Notes: a model not told the origin generated them from the letters alone. Numbered from the whole stretch's first letter, positions 24,409 through 38,969 are shown. The stretch is 63,580 nucleotides of DNA, filler included, from Guillardia theta CCMP2712 (GCF_000315625.1; 6 parts of 6 records of this genome joined end to end with filler, not necessarily neighbours in it); one strand, 5' to 3'. Numbers and translations: made by a program.

Positions 24409-25531
24409 CATAGTGAAGGGGAGGAGATGGGGCAGCAGCAGATGGACAACCGTGAAGGAGTCGTAGCAGTATGATGTCAGATCATTGATGCCGTGGAGAC
24501 GGGGACACAGTCTCGGGATAGGACAGGGAGCGGGACAGTGAGGAGGAGGATGAAAGCGAAATTTTGACGACTTGCTCTGCGAACAGACATGTTTTGGGCG
24601 TTTCTCAACTCGATCTTCTGCTTGTAAGTAGAACAAGACGAGAGGAAGAGATTGATTGTTGCCCGATGCTCAAATTTTGTTCATGTTACAATCAGTTGTA
24701 TGGTTGCTCTCTGGTTTGCATTTGCAGCTCTGAAATGTCGGATGCTATTGGTTGTGATGCTTTTTGTCCATGAGAGTACGGTGACTGCTTGCTCGTGTTT
24801 GACTTTATTGTGTTTTTCAGCTTTCACTGCATGATATCGGTAAACCCTCCCTCCTCTCCTCCTCTCTCATCTACTCTCCTCCACTCCGCTCCACTCTTCC
24901 CTTCTATCACTTCCCTGCCTCCTGCTTTGTCCTCTCTTCTCCTCCTCTCTCCTCCCCTCTTCTCCTCTCTCCTCTCTTCTCCTCCTCTCTTCTCCTCCTC
25001 TCTCCTCCTTCTCAACTCCATGGCAGCCTCAGGCAGCTGATGATCTTGGCAACGGAAGATACAGCGGGCCATTCGGAGGTAAGAGATGACGAGTGACAGG
25101 GGGAAGGAGGGGAGGGGAGGACAGAGAAGAAGCAATTATCCTGGGATGCTGCTCTAGTCCCTAACGACAATTGCCTTGCTCTGTCCTCCTTCTCTACTCC
25201 TTCTCTCCTCTCCTCTCCTCTCCTCTCCTCTCCTCGCTTGCTCACTAGTGTCAAGGTGGGCCGGGCGGGCCTGGAGGAGGAGGAGGAGGAGGGAGAGGAG
25301 GAAGACGAGGACCGAACTTAGCAGGCCTTCGACGCTTCGAGACAAGTGAGTCGAAAGCATCATCATCATCTCCATCATCTCCATTATCATCTCCATCATC
25401 TCCATCATCATCAACAACAACAACAACAGCAACAACCTTGTGTGCTCTTCTATTCTCTCATCATCATCATCATCATCTCCATCATCATCTCCATCATCAT
25501 CATCTCCATCATCATCATCATCATCATCATC

Positions 25532-25575
<44 letters not shown>

Positions 25576-25654
25576 CCTTGTGTGCTCTTCTACTCTCTCT
25601 TCTCACTTTGCTCCAGTGGACGCCCCCCCCATGGGTGGAGGCGGGTGAGGTTAA
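24197..25654 (+). CDS. SELENOK: Selenoprotein K (SelK/SelG family), 100 aa, Sec encoded by TGA 25646-25648
   Basis: Exons 24197-24263, 24587-24623, 24821-24839, 25027-25078, 25256-25345, 25617-25654 (all GT-AG, 303 nt) translate to MPYVENGRVVERRSIMRVSTISDMFWAFLNSIFCFFHCMISPQAADDLGNGRYSGPFGGGPGGPGGGGGGGRGGRRGPNLAGLRRFETMDAPPMGGGGUG*. This matches the SelK pattern (MxYVxxG.V...R...I.D.FW, single TM, Gly/Pro tail, PPM.GGUG). Confidence 0.93.
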
Positions 25655-25950
25655 AGCCTGCGAGGTGAGCGAGGAGGAGGGAGCAGATGAGCGCGTGAAG
25701 AAGGGAGAGAGCAGGAGGACGCTTAGATAAAGTTTGAGGAGGAGTAGGAGGAGGACGAAGAGGACGAGGACGAGAAGGACAAGGACAAGGACAAGGACAA
25801 GGACAAGGACAAGGACAAGGACGAGGACAAGGACAAGGACGAGGACGAGGACGAGGAGCAGAAGGCTGCATCTCCTAGTCCTGCTCTGATTTCTTGCTTC
25901 AGGTTGATCCTCGCGGGCGTTAAACTTCCGCTATTTGAAGATTTCTGTGA

Positions 25951-26012
25951 CGTGACGCCACTGACACGGGGAGGAGAAACTTGAACAAGTTCCTCCCCGT
26001 CGAGGCGAGACG
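25951..26012 (+). promoter_or_regulatory. SECIS element (type II) in the SelK 3' UTR
   Basis: UGAC (25962-65) / CGAG (26001-04) core; perfect 10-bp helix ACGGGGAGGA/TCCTCCCCGT; unpaired AA 12 nt after UGA; apical mini-stem ACTT/AAGT; lower helix CGT-GA-CGC/GCG-AG-ACG. Confidence 0.88.
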
Positions 26013-26244
26013 AGCAGAGAAGTGAAGAGAACAAGAACAAGCACAAGATCAAGAAGAACAAGAGAACAAGAAGTAGAGATAGAACAAGACAAGATGACTG
26101 ACGGCAACGATGATCATGATATAACTGTGTGAATTAGTTCACATGATACTCAACATATGATGATCGTTGTAATAGTAAACAAGAAGAATCTGAATCTTCG
26201 TCGAGGCAAGCATGCGCGGCGACTACCGAGACAATCGTCCTTCA

Positions 26245-27923
<1,679 letters not shown>

Positions 27924-29499
27924 NNNNNNNNNNNNNNNNNNNNNNNNNNNNNNNNNNNNNNNNNNNNNNNNNNNNNNNNNNNNNNNNNNNNNNNNNNNNN
28001 NNNNNNNNNNNNNNNNNNNNNNNNNNNNNNNNNNNNNNNNNNNNNNNNNNNNNNNNNNNNNNNNNNNNNNNNNNNNNNNNNNNNNNNNNNNNNNNNNNNN
28101 NNNNNNNNNNNNNNNNNNNNNNNNNNNNNNNNNNNNNNNNNNNNNNNNNNNNNNNNNNNNNNNNNNNNNNNNNNNNNNNNNNNNNNNNNNNNNNNNNNNN
28201 NNNNNNNNNNNNNNNNNNNNNNNNNNNNNNNNNNNNNNNNNNNNNNNNNNNNNNNNNNNNNNNNNNNNNNNNNNNNNNNNNNNNNNNNNNNNNNNNNNNN
28301 NNNNNNNNNNNNNNNNNNNNNNNNNNNNNNNNNNNNNNNNNNNNNNNNNNNNNNNNNNNNNNNNNNNNNNNNNNNNNNNNNNNNNNNNNNNNNNNNNNNN
28401 NNNNNNNNNNNNNNNNNNNNNNNNNNNNNNNNNNNNNNNNNNNNNNNNNNNNNNNNNNNNNNNNNNNNNNNNNNNNNNNNNNNNNNNNNNNNNNNNNNNN
28501 NNNNNNNNNNNNNNNNNNNNNNNNNNNNNNNNNNNNNNNNNNNNNNNNNNNNNNNNNNNNNNNNNNNNNNNNNNNNNNNNNNNNNNNNNNNNNNNNNNNN
28601 NNNNNNNNNNNNNNNNNNNNNNNNNNNNNNNNNNNNNNNNNNNNNNNNNNNNNNNNNNNNNNNNNNNNNNNNNNNNNNNNNNNNNNNNNNNNNNNNNNNN
28701 NNNNNNNNNNNNNNNNNNNNNNNNNNNNNNNNNNNNNNNNNNNNNNNNNNNNNNNNNNNNNNNNNNNNNNNNNNNNNNNNNNNNNNNNNNNNNNNNNNNN
28801 NNNNNNNNNNNNNNNNNNNNNNNNNNNNNNNNNNNNNNNNGAGGGAGGAGATGGAGGAAGACGAGGACGATGCAGGGATGAAGCCAACGAGGAGGAGAGG
28901 GGGAAGGGGAAGGTGGAAGAGGAAGGAGTGGAGAAAGGGAGAGGAGATGAGGGGAGAGGAGAGAGGAGAGGAGAGGAGAGGAGAGGAGAGGAGAGGAGAG
29001 GAGAGGAGGGGAGGGGAGGGGAGGGGAGGAGAGGAGGAGGAGAAGGGTAGGTGGGGAGAAAGCAACGCGGGTAAGAGGCAGGAGGTGATTTCAGTTCTGA
29101 GGGTCAGAACATGTTGAAGCACATGACTGATTGATTGGTGATCTAGTCAGCTGCAACATTCCATCTGCTCCCTATCGTGAGCATAACAACCTGATGGGTG
29201 GCAACGTGCGAGAGTCGATGTGAACTTGTGCACTTGTGAACGTGTTTGCAAACTTGTTTGTATCTCACTTCCAGACTAAATGCTTAGCATGATTCATTTC
29301 TATGCAATGTTTGACAAAGAGAATATTCTTGCTGCTTCCTTGTCTCTTTCTTACGATTCTCTCCCTCCTCCCTCCTCCCTCCTCCCTCCTTCCTCCTCCN
29401 NNNNNNNNNNNNNNNNNNNNNNNNNNNNNNNNNNNNNNNNNNNTTAATTAATTAANNNNNNNNNNNNNNNNNNNNNNNNNNNNNNNNNNNNNNNNNNNN

Positions 29500-31272
29500 C
29501 GGGAAGAGCTCGAATGAGAGCAATCTTGACCTGCTCCTACACATCAGCCCCTTCCTCACATCCAATCTCCTCCGCCAGAAACTGAAACAGCCCATCTCCT
29601 CCCCACCTCTATCTTCCCCGCCCCATCCCGCCCTCCTCCCCATCAAACTTGCTTTCATCAGCCCCCTCATCACTAAGAAGGAAACGCAGCCCAGCGATTG
29701 GCAAGCACAGCACCTCCTTGTCCTCGTCCTTGCACAGCATCTCGGGGATGCAGCGGATCTTCTCGATCTTGTCCTGCATCATCCTCTTCTCTGGAGCACT
29801 CTTGACTGTCTCCAGCTTCCCTAGATCTGAGATTGTGAGAATGATGCCGGGGAGGTTGTAAGCTAGGTTGGATCTGACTTCAGACGAGGCAGAAGGAGGC
29901 AGAGAGAGGACGAAGTTGAGCAGAAGAACGCTAGCTTCACAGTCAACGTCCTTCCACATCTCATGGACGAGTGGTCCGATGCTTTTGCTTATCCATACCA
30001 CGTCAGGGGCATCAGAATTGTAATATTTCTTAACCTGTGTGATGGATCAGAGGAGGAATCGAGTGATTCGATAAGAGAATGCAGGGGCACAGGCAGAGAA
30101 GGAAGAAGAGAGGAATGTTCACATAGGAAACATTGGCAGTGAAGATGAGAAACCGTTGAAGGAGAAAGAAAGAGGCAAAATGCAAAGCAGAAGAGAAAGA
30201 AATGCATGGAAGATACTCTTGCTGTCAAAGTTCAATACCTCGTTTGTGAGGAAGATGGCAAGCGAAAGCTTGACAGCTTTCGGGAGTTCCTTCAGCAGGG
30301 CAGCCGCTCCCTCCACCGCATGCTCCCTCACTTCTGATTCCTCGTCCCTCAAGAGCTCCTCGATCTCTTCCTTCACAAGATTCAGCTTGTCCATCAACCC
30401 CTGTGGAATCGAGGGAGAGGAGATTTTCATCTGAGCCATCGTGGCCGCTAAGAGCTTCCCGTTCGAGCCTTGATGCGGGGTCGCGCCCTCCCCAGCTGCT
30501 ATTCTCCTCACCAGCATCTGGGCAACGGAGGGTAGCTGCAACGCCAGGCACGCGCGGACTCGATGGTCAGTGTCCTGACATAGGGCGATCGCGCGGTCGA
30601 AGAGAGAGACGGTATTGTCCTCCAGCTTGTTGTGAGAGGCCTTGGGCGGCTGCAGGGCAACAGCTGGAGGGAGATAACTCACCAGCATTCCGACCATCTT
30701 TGCACAGAGCAATCGCTGCTCTGCCGTCTTGGAGACTTCGCCGAGCGCCAAGGCCAAGGGTAGAACCGAAGATTCAATCTCTTCTTTGGGCAGCAGCGGG
30801 ATGAGCAGGTTCAGAACCTTCAACCACGGATCTCTGACTTCGTTTGACTGCGCGTTGACATAGTTGAGGCACTTGGGCAAGATATGCTTGCTCGCTGCCG
30901 CACTGGTGATGGCTCCAGCTTCCAGGGATTCACTGAGAACATTCGCGATCAGGGTTTGATGAACAATGTCTTCCTCCTTGAATTTCTGTGTTGCGTCAGA
31001 GGTGATTGTGAGCACCAGAGGCAGAAGTTGCGCCTCTGCATTCTCTTGCTCCTCGACAAGTTGCCTCTTCAAAATCTCCACCGCACAATGGATCTGCAGC
31101 GATCGCTTGTCTTGATGAACAAGATTGCGCGTTCAATCTCCGTAAGGTCTTCATCTACAGTGTACTCCTTCTCCTCCTCTTCTCTCTTCACTTTCTTGAT
31201 TTCTTGAACTTTGCCACCACCGTCGCTGAAGTCATCGAATTCAGCCCAGGACAACCAGGGGTCTAGCTCCAT
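29500..31272 (-). CDS. PPP4R4: Ser/Thr protein phosphatase 4 regulatory subunit 4-like HEAT-repeat protein (3' end in gap; apparent 1-nt frameshift near 31105)
   Basis: TVDEDLTEIERAILFI resembles PP4R4 TVDEDLSDIERAVYLL; HEAT motifs LCQDTDHRVRAC and LLRDEESEVREHA; VRSNLAYNLPG. Confidence 0.85.
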
Positions 31273-33047
31273 CGGTCTTCTACTAAACAAGCTATACACG
31301 TACTTTCAACGAGTCTGACAAGAATCATCCGTTTTTGATTGCAGTCGACAACACCTCCTTGACAATGACCATCGCTGCACAACAATGCCGTCAGATCCAC
31401 TCGATTCACGAGAAAACTGCAGCTGAAAATGAGTCCTCCTTTCAACAACCACACGAGCACTTTTGTTGATCACTACGAGCATATAAGATCATCTCCTACA
31501 CCATGTGATACCTCAAATCATCAAAAATGTCTTCCCTCACCATCCGTGCTCTTACCATCTCTACAGTACAGGCCACAACTTCCCTTCTGCTCCCCACCTG
31601 AAGGATTACTGAAAACTCCCCACCTGCAATCCTTCTTCCCCTCTCTCCACTTTATCATCCCCATTCGCTCTATCCACCATCTCCTCCCCCCCTCTCTCCT
31701 CTCTCTCCCTCCTCTCTCCTGTCTACATCTTTCCTCCCCCCCTTCCCCTCCTTCCCTCCCCTCCCATATATTTTCGCCCAACTCATCGAGCTCATCGCTC
31801 AGTCTCATTCCACCCACCCCTCGACCGATATCATACACCTTCTACACACTTACCACCCCTTTATCACGTACCCTACCCCCTTTTACACTCCTGTTTTACC
31901 TTGCCATCACCCCCTGTAGCGTTTGTACCTGCTCTCAGTACCCCTCCTTTCGTCCTCACATACCCCTGGATTTTGAGTAAACTCCTGGATTCTTTTTGCT
32001 CTTGACCAACGATATCACCCGGCCCCACCCCACCCCCGCCGAGCTATCCGAATATGATGACCCACCCCTTACTCTGAGCTACCCCACCCTACCATACTTC
32101 ACAGAGTACAACATCACCAATGGACCCCATTCCAATAGGACCCCACCCACTCTCCTACCTCATAGGACCCCTACATTCCTCCACTTTCAGCAAATACTAC
32201 ACTAGTGAGATTTGACGGGTCCCTGCTATACCTCTCAACCTACCCCTACCCTAGAATCATGCTATTGGAAAGTCTATCAGAGGGGGTGGGTGGACTGGGT
32301 AGCAACGGAAAAAGGGGGAAGGGATATGAGGGGGATGATTCGAAACATTTATTATGAACTGAGACGGCCTGAGTCGGCCGGGCGGCACCGTGGGCCGGCC
32401 CGGGCCCTCAGATTCACCCCGGGCCCCTTCCCACAGTCAAAAACCGGACCGCAGTCACGGCCCCCGGGGCAGCGGGTCCCGGATATCGGATCTTCGAACC
32501 GGGCGGGTGAAACTTGGAAGTCATTGAACTCAGCGCCCGGGCCCTGGAAGTTCAGTCACGGCGCGGCCGCAGCCGCGCCGCGCGGCCGCCGGCCCAGCGG
32601 CGCTCCGGACCCGGGCGGTATACGCGGCCCGGCTTCTCCTTTACTCAAAGTTAAGTTAAAAATCAGCTTCTCCAGTGACTTGTCAAGGCTCGAGTCATTT
32701 CGGTTGTCAATAAATCATGGTGGACGGGAAACTCACCGTACGGTAGGAGGGAGGGAGCGGGGGAGACTTCAAGCCGCTGCCTGCTGGGTGAGGGGACTTG
32801 CAGGACTACATGAATGCAGCATTGGACTCCGTGAGTCATGATGAAGTTTGCCAAAGAGCGATAGAGAGCGATGAGAAGCAACAGGGAAGAAACAACCGAA
32901 TGTTAGGAGGATAGGTTCTAGCGCTATGGTTGTGAGCCCCGGATCCCTTGATGACATTCTTGACAGGGTGACAGCTGATGACGATTGGGATACCGCAGTG
33001 CCCTTGAACCTGTAAGTTGCTGCTCACCCCTGATCCCAGTCAAGAAG

Positions 33048-35577
33048 ATGCCGCCAAAACCCGCAGACGGGAAGAACAACTCGAAGAAGAAGGCCGAAGA
33101 GCTTCAGCTGCTGTTGGATCGTGTTGAGAAGATGATCAACAAGGCAAATGCAAACATAGACATATCAAAGTCGGAAAGGAATCTGCTGCTGATGCAGGAT
33201 TCTCTAACAATTTTGGAGAGTGCACAAGAGCTGTTGAACAACAACCCTATCAAGTTGCCTGCCAAGGAGAAGAAGAAGAAGATACAACCTCTGCAATCAT
33301 CTATCGACCTTATCAAGCATGATTTCACTCAGGCGGTGGAAGAGGAGCAGAAGTTGAGGAGGGTGGAAGCTGTACAGGAGTGGACGTGTGTGGAGGTCGG
33401 GCAAATTCTCAACGAGAGGTCCATGGTAAAGAGCGTCCTGTTGAGCATCAAGGACAAGTTGCAAGAAGAGTACAAGAAGCGCGACGAAGAGCTCGACTGG
33501 CAGTTGTGGGTATCTTGCAATCATCTTCCCGACCCGAGGAGCGAGGTGGCGCTGAATGACTTCATCAATGACTGGGAGAAAGACAAGGTGAGGGAAAAAT
33601 CTCCAGGAGGACGTGTGACGCTGACGCTGTCCTGTGCTCTTCAAGGCAACCAGCGAGTTTGCGGTGCTAGCAGAGGAGATCGACTCGTCCTTCGAAGTGA
33701 TCCAGCAGTGCTTGCAGCTAGTCGCCACGGAGAAGTTGCAAGTTTGTCAAGTGTCACGGGAGAAGATGTTGGTTGTGCAGGAGGATCGGATGAAGAGCAT
33801 GCTGAAAGAGTTGTTACACTGCAAGCACATGCTCCGCGTGACGCGGGAAGACGATGACGGGAGCTGGACCCGCACGAACGACCTGCGAACGCACAAGAAG
33901 GTGTTGTTGGAGTACTACAGGCAAGCCGAGAAACTCTCGTTGCATGCTCATGAGGAGGGTGGAGAGGAGAGGACGAGGATGAGGACGAATTGCGACATCA
34001 GAGCGTCCGAGAGCGAGAGGATCAAGACTTTGAATCACATCGTTGCGAGGACCAAAGAGATCGGGGCGCGGAAGTTAGACACCATGACCATGGACGTTCT
34101 ACTCCATCCTCACAGTTACATGACGACTGAGGACAGTCGCTTCTGGCAGCAGAGGAAGCACCTGACTGTATGCATGTGGGTCAACCTGACCAAGAACTTG
34201 AGATTGAAGGAGATCGAATTTCCTGTGAGGAACTTGAGGTGAAACAGTCCTGCCTGCCTTCTCGCCTTCTCGCTCGCTCGCTCCCTGCCTGCCTCCCTGC
34301 CTGCCTCTCTCCACACACACGCTCTCCCTCCCTCTCCCCCTCTCTCCCTTCCTCGTTTGTGCCTGCCCATCTGCACTGCTCTGCTCTGCTTCCTATTCGC
34401 TGCTCCCCTCCTCTGACTCCTCTCTGGCAGGATGAGCATCCCGCAGAATCTCATCATGAAGTCCATCGCCCTCCGCGCTATCCTCATCGACAACTTTGAG
34501 CTTGTCCAGCTGCCCTCGACCTCCAAGAGCTCTCTCCCAGCTGAGTCCCAGCACGTCTCCCACCCCCATGTGGACAGCATGTCAGATCCCCCGCACGCTC
34601 AGGTGAATGACAGCAGGCAGAGGTGGGAGGAAGACGGAAAGGAGGAGGAGGATGTAGCGGTGGGAGGCGTGCTGTTAGTGCAGTGCCTTAACTTGCCGCG
34701 GGAGCCCAAGAAGGTTGGAGCATGGTCGATGAGGGAGGAGGTGGAGGGAGGAAGCGGCCAGGTCGAAGAGATGCCGTACCCTTCCATCGACGCGTACACT
34801 GGACAAGGTGAGGAAGGGTGGAAGGGGAGGATGGGGGATAAGGAGCGTTGGAGGAGGAGAGGAAGGGAGAGGGAGAGGGAGAGGGAGAGGGAGAGGGAGG
34901 AGGAGGGGGAGGAGGGAAGGAGAGGGAGAGGGAGAGGGAGCGGGAGCGGGTTTAGGGAGCGGGAGGAGGGAGAGAGTGGTTTTCAGTTTCTCTTCTCAGC
35001 GATTTCGTTCAGTCGAGAGGCTTCCTGCTATCAGCATGTCCTTCCTTCTCCCTCCCTCCTCCATCGTCGTCGATCCTCAGAGCCTCTATATGTCCCGCTG
35101 GGACCCAAACAAGGGCAGGTGGACGCAGGTGTTTGCCTCCTCCTCCTCCTCCTCCTCCTCCTCCTCCTCCTCCTCCTCCTCTTCCTTTTGCTCTTCCTCC
35201 TCGTCTCCTCCTGCCATCGTTTAACCTCAGAGCAGGACGGAATCTCCGATGTTCGGGTTGAGCTGTTAAGGAGGAGGAGCCGGAGGAGACGGAGGGAGCG
35301 AGGGAGCGAGGAGGAGAGGAAACGGAGGAAAGTGGAGCGCAGGGGAAGGGAGCAGCAATCATCGCCGAAGAGGAAGAAAGGGAGGAGGAGGAAGGGGAGG
35401 AAGAGGAGGAAGAGGAGGGTACGAAAACGATCAAGGAGCACCTGGAAGATCATGGGAAGGAGGAGGAGGAGGCGAAGGAGGAGGAGGTTAAGAGCAAGGT
35501 TCCGTCCTATCAGATCAGTTTCAGCACACTTTACCTCGCTGCTTTCGCTGTTATGCAGAGAAGAACTGCTTGTTTCC
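33048..35577 (+). CDS. DNAI7: CASC1/CFAP94/DNAI7-like axonemal dynein-associated protein (3' end in gap)
   Basis: MPPKP start, coiled coil, WQLWVSCNHLPDPRSEVALNDFINDW (Casc1_N-like), VCMWVNLTKNLRLKEIEF, GGVLLVQCLNLPREPKKVGAW, SRWDPNKGRWTQDGISDV. Confidence 0.8.
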
Positions 35578-35677
35578 NNNNNNNNNNNNNNNNNNNNNNN
35601 NNNNNNNNNNNNNNNNNNNNNTTAATTAATTAANNNNNNNNNNNNNNNNNNNNNNNNNNNNNNNNNNNNNNNNNNNN

Positions 35678-35829
35678 CCTCGCTGTCCTGCAGTGAGATA
35701 ATTCTCCTCATATCCTCAGTCTGGTCCGCAAAGTTTTTCTCCATCTCTTCGAAGTCATTCTTCCTGCTCCGTCCCGCCAGATTAGTTTGCTGGGAGGCAC
35801 AGGAAAGAAGCAGAAGAGGAAGAGGAGAG

Positions 35830-35883
<54 letters not shown>

Positions 35884-36805
35884 GAGTGGGGGGGGAGGAC
35901 GGAGGGGTTAAGGAGAGTGTAGGTGGAAATGGGAAGGGAGAAGATGAGGAAAGGTGGGGCGGAAGAAGGGCCAAGAATGACGAGGAGGAGCGATAAACAA
36001 CAGAGGTGAGGTGAGGGGTGGGGAGAAGCGGGGAGAGGAGGAGCAGAAGGAAGGGCAGCAGCAGGGAGGGGGTGGGGGGAACAGCANNNNNNNNNNNNNN
36101 NNNNNNNNNNNNNNNNNNNNNNNNNNNNNNNNNNNNNNNNNNNNNNNNNNNNNNNNNNNNNNNNNNNNNNNNNNNNNNNNNNNNNNCTGAATGAGGGACA
36201 TGATAGTCGCATGATTTTGTTTGCCGACCTGCGCGTCCAGTCAACCCCCAGCTCCCCCCTCCCCCACCGCTCTTCTCCCATCCTCCTCCTTTATGTTTTC
36301 CTATCCCTGCTCCTCCTTCTCCTATTCCTGCTCCTGCTCCTGCTCCTTCTCCTGCTCTTGTTCCTCCATCGCTCTCCCTCCTGCTCCTCCCCATCCTCCT
36401 CTTCCTTGTTCTCGTATCTCTGCTCATGCTCTTCCTGCTTCATCGCTCGCCCTCCTCATCCTTCCTCTCCCTGCCCTCTCTCCTCCTTCCTCCTGCTGCA
36501 CTTGCCTCCTCGAAGTGCGATCGTTGAGACTCCAACGTCTGCTCGGCCACTAGGAGCTGGGGGAGGAGATCAGCGGCAGCCCAGCAGAGTTTGAGCAAAC
36601 CTCCCCGCAGATCGTGTTCATTTGAGTCTGCAGACCCGTGACCTCGGCTCGGATGTTTCGAAGGTCCTGCGGGTAAGATGAGAGGGAGGAGGAAGAGAAA
36701 GGGAAGGGAGGGAAGGGAGGAGGACGGACCACACGAGTAGGAGAAGGAGAAGGAGAGCGAGAGCGAGGAGGAGAAGAAAAGGAGAGAAAATGGGGGAGAA
36801 TATGA

Positions 36806-36872
<67 letters not shown>

Positions 36873-38293
36873 AGGAAGCAAACAATCTTTGGGACCTGCT
36901 GGGATTTCACTTCCTGGTTCATCATGGTCTCGACGTTCTTCTTCATCTCGTCGGTGATCTCCTTCTGCGACTGCAGGAGCTTCCTGATCTCTTTCTCCTT
37001 CTCCTTCATCAGCTCCTGCTGGTTCAGCGAGTCCTCCAGCCGCCGGTACAGCACGTTTCTCTCGTGCTCCACCTGCGTCAGGATAGCCTTCGCTTCTGCT
37101 CTCTCCCGGATCATCCCCTCCTCGTGCTCTGTCATGACGCGCGCGAGTTCCTTCCTGTGCTCGTCCTTGAGCAGCGACATGTCCCTGGCCATGTCCTGCT
37201 CCCTCTCCTGCTGCTGCTGCCACAGAGATCGCACCACCTCCTCGTGCTTCACGCTCATCTGCCGCATTATCTCCTCCACCTCCTTCCTGCGGCTCTCCAG
37301 CACGCGGAACATCGCCTCCTCCTTGCTCCTCGATCCCTTGACATAGAGCTCCTTGAGCTTCTGCATCTCCGCTAGCAGCACCTGCTCCTTCCTCTTGCTG
37401 CTCGTGGCTCGAGCTCTTGCCATCTCCAAGACTGACCTAGCATGCTCCACGGCCGTGAGCTGCGAGGACATGAAGTTCATCTCCTCTGACTGATGCACCA
37501 GCGCCATCTGCAGGCGCCTCGCGTCCTCCAGCAGCTTCGCCGTCTCCTTCTCCTTCTGCAGCTTCTCCTCGCGAGCTCTCGAGACCTCCTCCATGGTTCT
37601 GTGCAAGGCGAACAGGGCAGAGCTGGCGAAGACGGAGGCATCAGGAGGAGGATGAACGAGATACGAGATGCTGTGGATCTCGTTGGAGTCGACAAACATC
37701 TCCATCCTTCGGATCTGCTCTGTTATGATCGCCATATCCTCCCCGCCCTCTCCCTCCTGGTCCTTCCCCTTCACACTCTTAGCCCCCCTGCCGTTCCCAG
37801 CGCTTCCCAGAGTAGAGAGCAAGCCTCTTCCGACTAGTATGTTGTTCGCTTTGTCCTCCACCTCCATGAGCACCGCTGCTACTTCGCTCTCCTGCGTCCT
37901 TCCGGCTTCTCCCAACCCTTGATCGCCATAGTGTGGCGCTCCTCTAAAAGCGTTTCGAGGAAGGTACACTGTGAATGGGATTTTGCGAGGAAGAGGAAAG
38001 CTAGCCAAGCTTCTCAGGCCATGAACAATCGCTCGTCCTAGACCTCCTCCTCCCTCAGCTACTGCATGGATCACCCCGCGCGGTGTCGATAGCGCGTCAG
38101 CTCCATCCACTTCCACCCATACGTCTCCCTCCCTCACCCCTGCATCCCAGAGCACCTGCTCTAATGTCTGCTCCTGTCCTCCTCCTCCTCCTCCTCCTCC
38201 TCCTCCTCCTCCTCCTCCTCCTTCCTCTATCACTCGCTCCAGAACGTCGACCTTCACGCCGGTTTCGCAGCGCCGCAAGCTGAGTCTAGCCAT
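35678..38293 (-). CDS. Coiled-coil protein with a degenerate PDZ-like N-terminal segment; 3' part broken by gaps
   Basis: Long exon ~36896-38293 with DAGVREGDVWVEVDG followed by an E/K/Q-rich heptad region; further exons DLRNIRAEVTGLQTQM and KNDFEEMEKNFADQTEDMRRII. Confidence 0.7.
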
Positions 38294-38969
38294 GTCGGAG
38301 GAGTCGGCAACGAAATTGGGGTAGGGGTACACAGAAGAATTAAGAAAGCCTCAATGATAGGGTAGTTTTGAGGTACAGAAGTACCGGTGAAGCAATAACT
38401 TTTCGAAGTGAAAGGGGTAGGGGTCCAGTTTGAGGTACAAACAATGCCGAGGAACGCGAGTTGCCGAAAAGGCGTGAATGAGGCGAAGGAAGGGAAGGAC
38501 GACGAGGATGTGAGGGAAGACGAGTATGAATGAAGAAGGAGAAGAAGAAGAGGGACGAGGAGATGAGTGATGGTGAGAGAAGTAGAGAAACGAAAAGTAA
38601 AAACAGTCGGTGAAAATACAGATTTCGGATTTTTGAGAGCAAATAGAACATAAGGACAAGTGGGGTTGGTTGAAGTCAGATGGTAGAGAAAGAAATTAAG
38701 GGTGTTGAATCAATCACGCATGAGACCAAGCACTTGGCGAGTGGAGGGGCAGATCGGAGGGTTTGAGAGCGAGTCATGCACATGTCATAAATTGTGTATC
38801 TATACATGTAGAAGTGACTGCAAAACATGACATGAAATATGCAAGATCAGAGCTCTTATGCAGATTATGACAACGTCGCGGGCTGCGCCTTCACTGGAGA
38901 TCAAGCATAGAGATGCAACTTGTTGAAGAGATCGAATGAAGTGTCGGGATTTGATAGTATGTTGGCATC

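Noticed and set aside
23933-24636. Minus-strand ORFs overlapping the SelK 5' region
   Set aside because: Splice signals and family similarity are all on the + strand.
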